Shown here in pieces: positions 36,237 to 45,505 of a DNA stretch of 64,000 nucleotides; the first letter of the stretch is position 1; every line of letters begins with the position of its first letter. Source of the stretch: Elusimicrobia bacterium GWB2_63_22 (GTDB taxonomy: Bacteria > Elusimicrobiota > Elusimicrobia > Elusimicrobiales > UBA9959). The notes beneath the pieces are model-generated. The model saw nothing but the letters and a program-made list of their open reading frames with translations. It was not told the DNA's origin and made no database searches. The DNA is taken from assembly GCA_001799735.1 (NCBI GenBank), contig MGUA01000012.1:97108-161107 (forward strand), written 5' to 3'. The translations under genes and the position numbers were made by a program.

Positions 36237-39200
36237 CTACCTGGAGCCCAGCTCCAGCTCGGCGGCGGTTTCTTTTCCTCCGGAGAGGAAGGTGATGCTT
36301 ACCTTCTGCCCGGGGGAAAACTTTTTGAGGGCTTCGGAATACGCCTTAAGCCCCTCGACGGGGACGCCGCCGATGGCCGTTACCACGTCGCCGGCCTTGA
36401 AGGCGGTCCTGGAGAGCGGGGAGCCGGGGGTCACTTCCTGCGCTCGCACGCCGGGGCCGGCAAAGGAAAAATCCGGGACCAGCCCGGTGGAGGCCCGGCG
36501 CGGGCCGGACCCGCTGCCCGCCGCCGGCGCGCCGGAAGGGCGGGTCAGGAAGTCGGACTCTCCGGCCAGGTAGTCTATGATCTCTTTTGCGAACTCGGCC
36601 TGCCGCACTATGCCGGCGGCGTCTATCCTGTCGGCCGTATCCGACGGCTTGTGGTAGTCGGCGTGCGGCCCGCTGAAGAACTGCACGGCCGGGATGCCCG
36701 CCTCTATGAAGCTGGCCTGGTCGCTGGAGTCCAGGTCCTCCTTGACCAGGTCGTAGGCCGAGCCGGTAACAAAGCCCGCCCCGCGGAAGATATGGACCCA
36801 TTTGTCAGAAGAGCCGGAGCCGAGCACTAAGATTTTCCCGCTCCCGAGGCGGCCGACCGTGTCAAAGTTGAGCGCCGCGTTGACCTTGGCCTTGCCGTCG
36901 GGCGGCAGCGCCTTCAGGAAAGCCCTGGAGCCCAGGCGCCCGCCCTCCTCCCCGTCGAAAGCCGCGAATATTATGGAGCGCTCGGGCCTGCGGGCGCCGT
37001 AGTAGCGCGCCAGCTCCAGCAGCAGCGCCACACCGGAGGCGTTGTCGTCCGCGCCGGGAAAGACCTGCCCGTCCTTAGCCGGCAGGTGGTCGTAATGAGC
37101 GGAGAGTACGACGTACTCATCTTTTTTTGAGGTTCCTTCTACGACCCCGACGACATTGCCCTGCCCTGACCTGGCGTACGGCTTGAGCCCGGCTTTGACT
37201 AGCGCGGCGTTCACTGATTTTTTCGCCGCCAGGTGGCCCGGGGTGCCGGGGGCCCTGCCGCCCTTGACCGAGGAGAGGGCGCGCACGTCGGCCAGGACGC
37301 GGCTTGCCGAGAAGAGAGAGGGAAGTTCCGCCAGCGGGGCGCGTGCGGGATAATTGCGGGCCGGTGCTCCGCCGGGCCCCGGGAGGGGCACGGCCAGCGG
37401 CGAACCGGCGGCGGTCCAGACGCCGGAGGCGGCGGCGGCCATGTTCTCGTCGAAGACCAGCCAGGAGTACTTGCCGTAATGCGGCAGCTTGGCGGCCAGC
37501 AGGGGCAGCTTCTCCGGCGTGCCGGAGACAACCAGGGCCCCCGAGAAGGCCGGGTCGGCCTGGTTAAAGGCCGCGAAGACGAAGGTGTGCCCCGCGCGCG
37601 GGAAGCGGCGGTTCTCGAGCGTGACGGAGTCGGGAGTAAAGACGGCCCCGTAAGCGCCGAGGGCGGCCTCGAAAGCAGGCGCCAGGAGGTTGCCGCCGCC
37701 GAAGATCCAGTAGGACGAGGCCGGGGGAGCGGAACTCTCGTCGTCGCCGGAGACGGCCGGGAGGTTCTCTTTATCCTTGTTCCAGGCGGCGGCCAGCGCG
37801 CGCCACGGGGCGCCCGCCGCGCCGGCGGGTACGATGACGTCCGGCTTGACCGCGCCCAGCAGGCGCGAGAGCGTGGGAGGAGTTTCCAGGGGGCTGAGCC
37901 GCCGGAACAGGTCGAATTCAGGGTCTATCTCCAGGCGCACGGGGCGCAGCAGGGCCGAATTGTAATGGTAGGTTTCCTCTTTGGACTTCATCGTGAGGGT
38001 CTTCATCCGGGGGGCCTCGACGCCCTCCAGGTAGATGACGGACGGAACTTCCAGCTCGTAGGCTGGTCCGTCCTGCGTCTGGGCCAGGGTGAACTCCAGG
38101 TCGTAGCCGAACTGGCCCTTGGTCAGGTTGACGCTCTTTATGGCCAGCGCCGGCGCGCCCGCGCGCGCGGTCCACTGCTCGAAGAAAGGCTTAAGCCGGC
38201 CTGGGCCGGTGACTTTTTCAAAAGCCTGGCGCAGCTGGGCGAACCCCGCGGTATTGAATTTATTGGCGGCGTAAAAACCGCGCAGGCCCTTGCGGAAGCC
38301 CTCGTCGCCCAGCAGGCGGCGCAGCATATGGTAGAACATCAGGGCTTTGCCGTAGCCGACGGCTTCCGATGCCGAGGAATGGCGCGAGCGGAATTCCGTA
38401 AGCGGGAAATCCTTGCCCCCGCGCACGTAGTCCGAATACTTCTGCAGGGTGGTCATCCTGTAGTCGGTCCCCTTGCCTCTGTTCTCGGCTATAAGGTAGT
38501 CGGCCAGGTAGGCGGTCAGCCCTTCGCACCAATTGCCCTTCTCGTAGTCCACAAAAACGCCGTTGCCCCACCAGTTATGCAGGATCTCGTGCGGGTAGGA
38601 GCTGTTGATGATGAAAGGCAGGCGCAGCACCTTGGTCCCGAGCAGGGTAAAAGAGGGCATGCCGTAGCCGGTCTCCCAGAAATTCTCGACGAGGGCGAAC
38701 TTCCCGTAAGGATACGGTCCGATCAGGCCGGAATAGAGCTTGATATAGCGGCCGGTGGCCTCCAGGTATTTGTCGGCCAGCGCCTTGTCCGGCGTGAGCA
38801 GAAAGGCCTGGGAGGTAACCGGGCCCCCGTCCAGGGAGTACTCCGCGTAGCGGCCGCAGGTGAGGGTTATCTCGTCCTGCGGGGCCGCCGTCTCCCAGAC
38901 GGAAACGTTACTGCCGGCCAGAGACTTCCGAGAAGAGCGCGCGCCGCCGGCCACCGAGTCGTAGGGCGCCGGGAGCTCGGTCCTGAGGCGGAAAGAGACC
39001 AGCTCTTTTTCGAAGACCGGGTACCAGCCGGAGGAGCCGGAGAGGTAGCAGCCGGCGGGGGAGATGACTCCGGGAGTTTCGGAGAAGCTGCGCGCGTAAT
39101 CCTGCGCCTGCTCGCCGGGCGCGTGGCTGATGACGCCGGAATAGTTGAGTGTAAAACGGTCCGCCGGCGCGGGCAGGGTAAGGCGGTAGGCGGAGTAGAG

Positions 39201-39461
39201 GCCGGCGGCGGAGGAGAAGTTTATGCCGTAGGAGGCGGCCGCGGCCAGGCCCAGCTCTTCCAGTTTTCCGGCGCTTGCGGACGGGGCCAGCCCCTTGTGC
39301 AGGGAGAAGACATGCTCGGCCGAGGGGGAGGGGAAGGAGACCGTGTCCTTGGCGGTTATCCCGCCGGAGGCCGGGTCCAGGCTGACGCTGAGGTCGTGGC
39401 GGACGGCGGCCGCGGCGGGCAGGGCGCAAAGCAGCAGGAGGGACGGGAGAAAAAATTTCAT
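36237..39461 (-). CDS. Exported tri-domain peptidase: M1 aminopeptidase-like + M28 aminopeptidase-like + PDZ (1074 aa)
   Basis: True start is ATG 39461 (MKFFLPSLLLLCALPAAAA signal peptide). M1 gluzincin signature HEILHNWWGNGVFVDYEKGNWCE (HExxH-x18-E, HEILH at 38577-38591). M28 motifs VLSAHYDHL, DDNASGVALLLELAR and FDGEEGGRLGS. C-terminal PDZ (GVRAQEVTPGSPLSRTAFKAGDVVTAIGG). The 1577-aa track ORF extends it artificially, antisense through deoB. Confidence 0.85.
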   Translation of the reverse strand: MKFFLPSLLLLCALPAAAAVRHDLSVSLDPASGGITAKDTVSFPSPSAEHVFSLHKGLAPSASAGKLEELGLAAAASYGINFSSAAGLYSAYRLTLPAPADRFTLNYSGVISHAPGEQAQDYARSFSETPGVISPAGCYLSGSSGWYPVFEKELVSFRLRTELPAPYDSVAGGARSSRKSLAGSNVSVWETAAPQDEITLTCGRYAEYSLDGGPVTSQAFLLTPDKALADKYLEATGRYIKLYSGLIGPYPYGKFALVENFWETGYGMPSFTLLGTKVLRLPFIINSSYPHEILHNWWGNGVFVDYEKGNWCEGLTAYLADYLIAENRGKGTDYRMTTLQKYSDYVRGGKDFPLTEFRSRHSSASEAVGYGKALMFYHMLRRLLGDEGFRKGLRGFYAANKFNTAGFAQLRQAFEKVTGPGRLKPFFEQWTARAGAPALAIKSVNLTKGQFGYDLEFTLAQTQDGPAYELEVPSVIYLEGVEAPRMKTLTMKSKEETYHYNSALLRPVRLEIDPEFDLFRRLSPLETPPTLSRLLGAVKPDVIVPAGAAGAPWRALAAAWNKDKENLPAVSGDDESSAPPASSYWIFGGGNLLAPAFEAALGAYGAVFTPDSVTLENRRFPRAGHTFVFAAFNQADPAFSGALVVSGTPEKLPLLAAKLPHYGKYSWLVFDENMAAAASGVWTAAGSPLAVPLPGPGGAPARNYPARAPLAELPSLFSASRVLADVRALSSVKGGRAPGTPGHLAAKKSVNAALVKAGLKPYARSGQGNVVGVVEGTSKKDEYVVLSAHYDHLPAKDGQVFPGADDNASGVALLLELARYYGARRPERSIIFAAFDGEEGGRLGSRAFLKALPPDGKAKVNAALNFDTVGRLGSGKILVLGSGSSDKWVHIFRGAGFVTGSAYDLVKEDLDSSDQASFIEAGIPAVQFFSGPHADYHKPSDTADRIDAAGIVRQAEFAKEIIDYLAGESDFLTRPSGAPAAGSGSGPRRASTGLVPDFSFAGPGVRAQEVTPGSPLSRTAFKAGDVVTAIGGVPVEGLKAYSEALKKFSPGQKVSITFLSGGKETAAELELGSR

Positions 39462-39533
39462 GCGGGCTCCGTGTTTTAAATGACCGCTTAACTTATTACA
39501 ATATATTACAACTTTCAGCCGAACGGAGGCTTC

Positions 39534-40763
39534 ATGAAGCATAAACAGCAGACGGCCCTTCTGATGGTCATAGACGCGGTGGGCCTTTCCACCCTGGAGT
39601 ACCTGCTCGACAAGTTCCCGGGCAAGGTGAAGCTCCCCAACCTTTCGCGCCTCGGCCTCGGCGAGATCGTGCGCCCGGAGTATAGAAAGCGCTTCCCGGT
39701 GAAATCCGCCGGCAAAGCCTATGCCGCCCGCGTCAGCCAGGTTTCGGCCACCGCCGACAGCCTGGTGGGGCACCGCGAGATGATGGGCGTGCTGGACGAC
39801 CGCACCTACGACCTTTTTCCGGACGGGTTCGACAAGAAGTACCTGGCCGAGCTGGCCAAGCGCATAGGCCGCAAGACCTTCTTCAACAAGATGGCCGCCG
39901 GCATGGAGGCCATAGAGCTCAACGCCGCCGAGCACGAGCGCACGGGCTCGCCGATAGCCTACGCCAGCAAATGCGACCCGCTGATCCAGCTGGCCATGAA
40001 CGAGGCCGTCATCCCGGTGCACGAGCAGCATAAGATCGCCGATACCGCCTTCGCGCTGGCGATGGAGATGGGCATCCCGATAACCCGCGCCATCGCCCGG
40101 TCCTACGTGAAGAACGCGCAGGGCGAGATCATCCGCACCTCCAACCGCCACGACGCGGTGCTGCCGATAGGGCAGGATACGCTGGTGGACATCCTGCACG
40201 ACAACGCGGTGTGGACCGTGGCCGTGGGCAAGACCAGCGACCTGGTGAACACCGCCTACCACGCCAAGGTGAAGCTCAATCATGAGATCTTCATCGACCC
40301 GTCGCTGGGGCTGCGCTTCGTGCACCCGAAGAAGAAGGACACCAATCCCTTCTCCATCCAGGGCACCATCAACGCCCTCGAAGCCGCCCACTCGGTCTAC
40401 CGCCCGAAAGGCACCTTCATCTTCACCAACCTCGTCGACACCGACAGCGTCTACGGCCACACCCGCGACATAGAAGGCGCCCTCCGCTCTCTCGAAGAGA
40501 TCGACCGCACCCTGCCGCTGATAGAGAAAAATCTGGCCAAGGGCGACCTGCTCGGCCTCACGGCCGACCACGGCATGCTGCACCGCGAGGACTACGGCTA
40601 CCACAACAACGAGCCGCTGCCCTTCATCGCCTGGCGCAAAGGCTATGACCGCAAGCTCGGCGGGCTCAAGACCGGCACCATGCCCGGCCTGGCCGACATC
40701 GGCAGCGTCTTCGCCCAATACTTCGGCCTCCACGCCGAGTATAAAAAGATCGTGAAGCTCTAA
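39534..40763 (+). CDS. deoB: Phosphopentomutase (alkaline-phosphatase superfamily)
   Basis: 409 aa. N-terminal metal-site motif LLMVIDAVG, GHREMMG, NLVDTDSVYGHTRD and TADHG are colinear with DeoB. Confidence 0.8.
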   Translation: MKHKQQTALLMVIDAVGLSTLEYLLDKFPGKVKLPNLSRLGLGEIVRPEYRKRFPVKSAGKAYAARVSQVSATADSLVGHREMMGVLDDRTYDLFPDGFDKKYLAELAKRIGRKTFFNKMAAGMEAIELNAAEHERTGSPIAYASKCDPLIQLAMNEAVIPVHEQHKIADTAFALAMEMGIPITRAIARSYVKNAQGEIIRTSNRHDAVLPIGQDTLVDILHDNAVWTVAVGKTSDLVNTAYHAKVKLNHEIFIDPSLGLRFVHPKKKDTNPFSIQGTINALEAAHSVYRPKGTFIFTNLVDTDSVYGHTRDIEGALRSLEEIDRTLPLIEKNLAKGDLLGLTADHGMLHREDYGYHNNEPLPFIAWRKGYDRKLGGLKTGTMPGLADIGSVFAQYFGLHAEYKKIVKL

Positions 40764-40848
40764 TTGGCACGTCCGCCAAGGGGGTCGGAACGCAAAAACG
40801 TGGTCCAGAAGGTGTCGCTTCGCTCCACACGCACACCGAGCGCTCCAA

Positions 40849-40964
40849 GGTCCGGCCAGGGGGAGGTCCCGAGCGACTTTGGGGAAGGGGGGCCCCGCTT
40901 CGGGGGGGAACCGCGCAACGGTTCCCTGCAGTCCAGGAGCGCGGGACCTCCCCCTGGTTGGACC
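40849..40964 (+). repeat. Structured intergenic element, copy 2 (23-bp closing stem + conserved 56-nt core)
   Basis: 5' arm GGTCCGGCCAGGGGGAGGTCCCG (40849-40871) pairs with 3' arm CGGGACCTCCCCCTGGTTGGACC (40942-40964), with two adjacent G-T positions. The core 40879-40934 is identical to 18412-18467. Lies 86 nt after the deoB stop and upstream of the terminator at 40993. Confidence 0.7.
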
Positions 40965-40992
40965 GGGCACTTGCCAGCCTGCACAAAATAAA

Positions 40993-41025
40993 AGAGACCG
41001 GTATTTGCCGGTCTCTTTTCTTTTT
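40993..41025. terminator. Bidirectional intrinsic terminator
   Basis: AGAGACCGG-TATTTG-CCGGTCTCT, flanked by AAAATAAA and TTTTCTTTTT, between convergent deoB and the hydrolase gene. Confidence 0.75.
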
Positions 41026-41039
41026 AAGCCTTCGAGGTG

Positions 41040-42161
41040 TTATTTGTAGTCGGGGTCGACGAAGGCGCGGTAGGACTGGGGGGTGAGGGCCGCCCAGGTG
41101 TAGCGGTTGCCGGCGTTCCACAGCACCCAGCTCTCCAGGTGGTTGAGCCGCGTAGCCATGATCTGCGCGCGCACTTCCGACGGGCCGTAAGTATGGCCCA
41201 GCGAGAAGTCCTGCAGATAGGGCCGCAGACGGGCGTAGCTGGTGCCCAGCTTGCCCATGGCGTCCTTCAGCCCCCGGTTTATCACCTTGAACGGGCTGGC
41301 ATTGGGGCTCTTCAGGTTGTACTCGCCGGGATTGTAATGCGACGGGTACATCATCGGGTACACGTAGTCCGCGCCCTCCGCGAGGATCTTGATGTCCTGG
41401 CCGATGCCCATGTCGTCCTTCACCGAAGTCGTAAGTCCGAACACGTCGGCGGAGATCTTCACCTTGTACGGCGCCAGGCGGCGGCGCGAGTAATCCAGGA
41501 AATCCTTCAGGTTGCGGGCCGCGGCCGCGCGGTTGTGCGTCTTGGAGTAGCGGCACAGCGAGGTGTTGCCCTCCGAGGGGTAGCGGATGTAGTCGAACTG
41601 GATCTCGTCGAAGCCCAGCTTCGCGCAGAGCTCGGCCAGGTCCAGGTTATAGTCCCAGACCTCCCTGTGGTAGGGGTCCACCCAGGTAGCGCCGTTGCGG
41701 CTGCGCCAGAGGCTCCCGTCGGGGTTGCGCACCGCCAGGTCAGGCCTGGTCCGGGGGACCACTTTATCCTTGAAGACCACTATCCGCGCCACGGTGTACA
41801 TGCCGGCGGCTTTAAAATCCTTCAGCATCCCGGCCGGGTCGCCGATAGCTGCCTGGTACGTGCCGAACTTGTGGGCCTTGTCCACTCCGGGGATATAGAC
41901 CTTGCCGTCGGTCTCCTTGATGGCGATGACCACCGTGTTGATGACCGAACCCGAGATCTTCTTGATCATTTCCCGGCGCAGTTTGGTGGAGCCGGCGCCC
42001 CAGGAGGTGAGGTGGATGCCGCGCACCCGGCGGTCGGCGAGGACCAGCTCACGGATGGCCGTGGTGGAAACTGCGACCTTGGCCGTATCGGTTGCGGCGG
42101 CAACTCCGGCGGCGGCGCAGGGCTGAGAAGCGAGCAGTAAAAATAGCGCTGTATGGAGCAT
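41040..42161 (-). CDS. Putative glycoside hydrolase, TIM-barrel (DUF4015-like), exported
   Basis: Signal peptide. Colinear motifs RGIHLTSW, NTVVIAIKETDGKVY, ARIVVFKD and WVDPYHREVWDYNLDLAELCAKLGFDEIQFDYIRYP, as I recall for the DUF4015 putative-glycosidase family. Confidence 0.65.
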   Translation of the reverse strand: MLHTALFLLLASQPCAAAGVAAATDTAKVAVSTTAIRELVLADRRVRGIHLTSWGAGSTKLRREMIKKISGSVINTVVIAIKETDGKVYIPGVDKAHKFGTYQAAIGDPAGMLKDFKAAGMYTVARIVVFKDKVVPRTRPDLAVRNPDGSLWRSRNGATWVDPYHREVWDYNLDLAELCAKLGFDEIQFDYIRYPSEGNTSLCRYSKTHNRAAAARNLKDFLDYSRRRLAPYKVKISADVFGLTTSVKDDMGIGQDIKILAEGADYVYPMMYPSHYNPGEYNLKSPNASPFKVINRGLKDAMGKLGTSYARLRPYLQDFSLGHTYGPSEVRAQIMATRLNHLESWVLWNAGNRYTWAALTPQSYRAFVDPDYK

Positions 42162-42203
42162 ATGGATATATTTTACAATTTACATGTCGCTAAGGGGACC
42201 TAA

Positions 42204-44693
42204 ATGAAATTTCTGCTGATTCTGCTTACCGGAGCCATACTTATGCCGCCGAGCCTGCACGCCGCCGACAAACTGGTGATACATTACAACCGCCTGGACA
42301 AGGTCTATTCCGGCTGGAACCTCTGGGTCTGGAACGACGAGGAAAAAACCCCGGGGTTCGAACTGCCCCAGGCCGGCAACGGCCCTTTCGGGGTCTTTTT
42401 TGAGCTGGACCTGGACGCCTCCGGGCTGTCCGGGAAGCGCGCAGGTTTTCTGCCGCGGCAGGGCAACTGGACCAACAAGGATGCGCCAGACCGGGTGCTG
42501 CCGGCGGCCCGGCAGGGCGAGGTGTACCTGCTGGAAGGCGACGCCAAAGTTTACGCCGCCCCGCCAGCCGTGTCCACCGCCGTGACCGGGGCCTGGCTGG
42601 ACGGGGAGAACGTGGTGCGCGCCGCTTTCACCCGCCCGCTTGGAGAGGCTTTCCTGAGAGAGCAGGCTTTCTATCTTAAACGGGGGGAGAAAGAATTTAA
42701 AGCCGTGTCAGCCGTGCCCGTGGACGGGCCCTATTCCCGCGCGGCCCGCCTGACGTTCAAAGACCTGAAGGCCGACTACGCGGCCGCTAACGCCGGAGAG
42801 TACCGCCTCCTCTCTAAAACCCTGGAGCCCGTGACGGTGCGCCTGGGCGAGGCCGTCTACGGCGAAGAATTTTACAGCCCGCTGGAGATGGGGCTCTCCG
42901 GGGATAAGGCCCGGCCCGTATTCCGCCTGTTCGCGCCCTACGCGGTGGAAGCCGCCGTGCTGGTCTACGATAGCGCCGCGGGAGAGCCCGCCGTCTATCC
43001 GCTGGAGCGCCGGCCCGGCGGGGTCTGGAAAAAGCGTTTTGACGCCCCGCTGGAGGGGAAATATTACCGCATCCGCACCAGGCAGAACGGCCGGGTCTAC
43101 GAGGGGCTGGACCCCTACGCGCGCTCCGTCACCGGCGACGGCGGCAAGGCGCTGGTCCTTAAGGACGAGACCCCCATCGCGCCCGGGCCGGTCTTCGGCC
43201 TGCCGGAGGCGGTGGTCTACGAGGTGCACCTGCGCGACCTTACCTCCGACGAGTTCTCCGGGGTCCGGCGCAAGCGCGGCTACCTGGGCGCGGCCGAAAC
43301 CGGCACGCGCCATCCCAAGTTCCCGGACGTGGCCACCGCGCTCGACCATATCGCCGAGCTGGGCGTGAACACGGTGCATATCATGCCTTTCCAGGATTTC
43401 GAGAATCGCGACGACCCGGCGGTCTATAACTGGGGTTACATGCCGGTGAACTTCAACTCGCCGGAGGGCTCCTACGCCAGCAGCCCCGCGGACGGCTCGC
43501 GCGTGCGCGAGGCCAAGCTGATGATAGACGCCTTCCACCGCAAAGGCCTCAAGGTGATCCTCGACGTGGTCTACAACCATACCGCGGAAACCCGCGCCAC
43601 CACCTACAACTTCAACGCGGCGGCGCTGGACTACTATTACCGGGTCAATCCCGACGGCACCTACTCCAACGGCTCCGGCTGCGGCAACGAGCTGCGCACC
43701 GAGGCCCCGATGGCCCGAAAGTTCCTCATCGACAGCCTGCTGTACTGGGTGCGCGAGTATAAGGTGGACGGGTTCCGCTTCGACCTGATGGGCCTTATCG
43801 ACGAGGCCGCGGCCGCCGAAATTATGAAAGCCCTGAAGGCCGAGAAGCCGGATATCTTCGTCTACGGCGAGCCCTGGAAGGCCGGGTCCAGCCCGGTGAA
43901 GGGCGTGCAGAAGGGCAGCCAGCGCGGGCAGGGCTTCGCCGTCTTTAACGACGGGTTCCGCGACGCCATCAAGGGCAGCGTGTTCTCGGTGGCCGACCTG
44001 GGCTACGTGCAGGCCGCGCGCTACCGCGACGGGGTGCTGCGCGGCATCCGCGGCGCCGTGGACGATTTCGCCGACGGCCCGCTGGAGACCATGAACTACG
44101 TGTCCTGCCATGACAACCACACGCTGTGGGACAGGCTGGACCTGTCGGCCAAGGACGCGACGCATAAAGAGAAGGTGGCCATGGATAAGCTGGCCAACGC
44201 GCTGGTGCTGACCTCCCAGGGCATACCCTTCCTGCACGCCGGGGAAGAGTTCCTGCGCACCAAGAAGGGGGAGGAGAACTCCTACAACCTCCCCGACGAG
44301 ATCAACCGCCTGGACTGGACCCGCAAGAAGGAGAACTTCTCGGTCTACTCTTTCTACCGGGACCTGATCGCCCTGCGCAAGGCGCACCCCGCTTTCCGCA
44401 TGAAGACCGCCGCCGAAGTGCGCGATAACCTGAAGTTCTACGAGGAACTCGGGCTGAAGGTGGAGCCGCCGGCCATCGCCTACCAGCTGTACGGCGACAA
44501 GGCCGGGGACGCCTGGGCCCGCATCCTGGTGCTGGTGAACCCGGAAAGGACGGCGCATAAATTCGCCCTGCCGCCCGGCCGCTGGCTCAGGGCCTTCGAC
44601 GCGTCCGGCCTGGCCAGGGAGCCGGGGGCGCCCGTCACGGGGCATTTTACGGCGGAGCCGCTCTCCCTGACCGTGCTGCGCCTGGACCTTTAG
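42204..44693 (+). CDS. pulA: Type I pullulanase (GH13), exported
   Basis: 829 aa with signal peptide. N-terminal CBM-like domains (HYNRLDKVYSGWNLWVW). GH13 regions YNWGYMPVNFNSPEGSY, DVVYNHT, GFRFDLMG, YGEPW and YVSCHDN. Confidence 0.9.
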   Translation: MKFLLILLTGAILMPPSLHAADKLVIHYNRLDKVYSGWNLWVWNDEEKTPGFELPQAGNGPFGVFFELDLDASGLSGKRAGFLPRQGNWTNKDAPDRVLPAARQGEVYLLEGDAKVYAAPPAVSTAVTGAWLDGENVVRAAFTRPLGEAFLREQAFYLKRGEKEFKAVSAVPVDGPYSRAARLTFKDLKADYAAANAGEYRLLSKTLEPVTVRLGEAVYGEEFYSPLEMGLSGDKARPVFRLFAPYAVEAAVLVYDSAAGEPAVYPLERRPGGVWKKRFDAPLEGKYYRIRTRQNGRVYEGLDPYARSVTGDGGKALVLKDETPIAPGPVFGLPEAVVYEVHLRDLTSDEFSGVRRKRGYLGAAETGTRHPKFPDVATALDHIAELGVNTVHIMPFQDFENRDDPAVYNWGYMPVNFNSPEGSYASSPADGSRVREAKLMIDAFHRKGLKVILDVVYNHTAETRATTYNFNAAALDYYYRVNPDGTYSNGSGCGNELRTEAPMARKFLIDSLLYWVREYKVDGFRFDLMGLIDEAAAAEIMKALKAEKPDIFVYGEPWKAGSSPVKGVQKGSQRGQGFAVFNDGFRDAIKGSVFSVADLGYVQAARYRDGVLRGIRGAVDDFADGPLETMNYVSCHDNHTLWDRLDLSAKDATHKEKVAMDKLANALVLTSQGIPFLHAGEEFLRTKKGEENSYNLPDEINRLDWTRKKENFSVYSFYRDLIALRKAHPAFRMKTAAEVRDNLKFYEELGLKVEPPAIAYQLYGDKAGDAWARILVLVNPERTAHKFALPPGRWLRAFDASGLAREPGAPVTGHFTAEPLSLTVLRLDL

Positions 44694-44777
44694 GCCCGGG
44701 CCGCGGTAGGTCTAAAGGCGCTTACGGAGCGCCCCGCGCGGGAGTACAATATTACGGTATAGTCCTTAGGAGGGTTA

Positions 44778-45434
44778 ATGAAAAAACTCATATTAGCGCT
44801 GCTCTCGGTCGCCTGCGTTTCCACCGCCTACTCCCTTGATTTCTCCCTTGAAAAGATGAAGGCCTCCTCGTTCGACGTGAAGGCCGCCGCCGTGCCCGTG
44901 CCCGCGGCCCCGGTTAAAGAGGATGCCCAGGTGCCGCAGGACCTGGTCTACAAGTTCAACCAGGCCAAGAACGACCTGTGGCGCCTCGAGAGCGACACCA
45001 CCTGGCTGCGCTCCGACATAGACCGCCTCGAGAACACGGCCCGCCGCATAGTCCAGACCAACAGCGCCGACGCTTTCTTCCAGCACGACCTGCAGCGCAT
45101 GGCCTCCGACATCAGCCGCTATAACAACGACGCCGGCCGCGTGCGCGACCAGGTTAAAAACCTGCTGCAGCTCGCGCAGAAGAGCCAGGACCTCAACCGC
45201 ATAGCGCGCGACATCGACATGGACGCCCGTACCCTGCTCAACCGCGCGCAGTTCGACATTGAGAACTCGGCGCAGCGCCTGGAATGGGCCGTGCGCGGCG
45301 CCAAGTCGGAACTTGTCGGCTATAACGCCCAGTGGCAGGCTATGGACATCTCACGCTACAGCCGGGACTTCACCTGGAAGGCGCGGGACCTTTCCTTCGA
45401 CGCGCAGTCGCTGGTCAACCAGACCCGGCCCTGA
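44778..45434 (+). CDS. Secreted hypothetical helical protein (218 aa)
   Basis: Signal peptide MKKLILALLSVACVSTAYS with AGGAGGG RBS. The remainder is predicted helical/coiled-coil with internal repeats (..DISRY..D......RD...). No recognisable family. Confidence 0.6.
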   Translation: MKKLILALLSVACVSTAYSLDFSLEKMKASSFDVKAAAVPVPAAPVKEDAQVPQDLVYKFNQAKNDLWRLESDTTWLRSDIDRLENTARRIVQTNSADAFFQHDLQRMASDISRYNNDAGRVRDQVKNLLQLAQKSQDLNRIARDIDMDARTLLNRAQFDIENSAQRLEWAVRGAKSELVGYNAQWQAMDISRYSRDFTWKARDLSFDAQSLVNQTRP

Positions 45435-45453
45435 CCGGCGTCCCAAAACGGAA

Positions 45454-45478
45454 AAGGCCGCGACGAGCGGCCTTTTTT
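45454..45478 (+). terminator. Intrinsic terminator
   Basis: AAGGCCGC-GACGA-GCGGCCTT with a TTTTTT run. Confidence 0.65.
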
Positions 45479-45505
45479 CGGCCCCGCCGAGCTAGAGGTA
45501 ATACA

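Noticed and set aside
18412-40934. Possibility that the identical 56-nt sequences are CRISPR repeats or IS terminal repeats
   Set aside because: Only two copies, 22 kb apart, each inside its own long hairpin. There is no spacer array, no cas or transposase genes, and no target-site duplications visible.
39462-40970. N-terminal 503 codons of the 1577-aa track ORF (36237-40970, minus)
   Set aside because: This part runs antisense through deoB and the intergenic repeat. A signal-peptide start (MKFFLPSLLLL) at 39461 marks the real beginning of the M1-M28-PDZ peptidase.
42708-44645. 645-aa minus-strand ORF antisense to pullulanase
   Set aside because: Shadow ORF with no motifs. The + strand carries all GH13 conserved regions.
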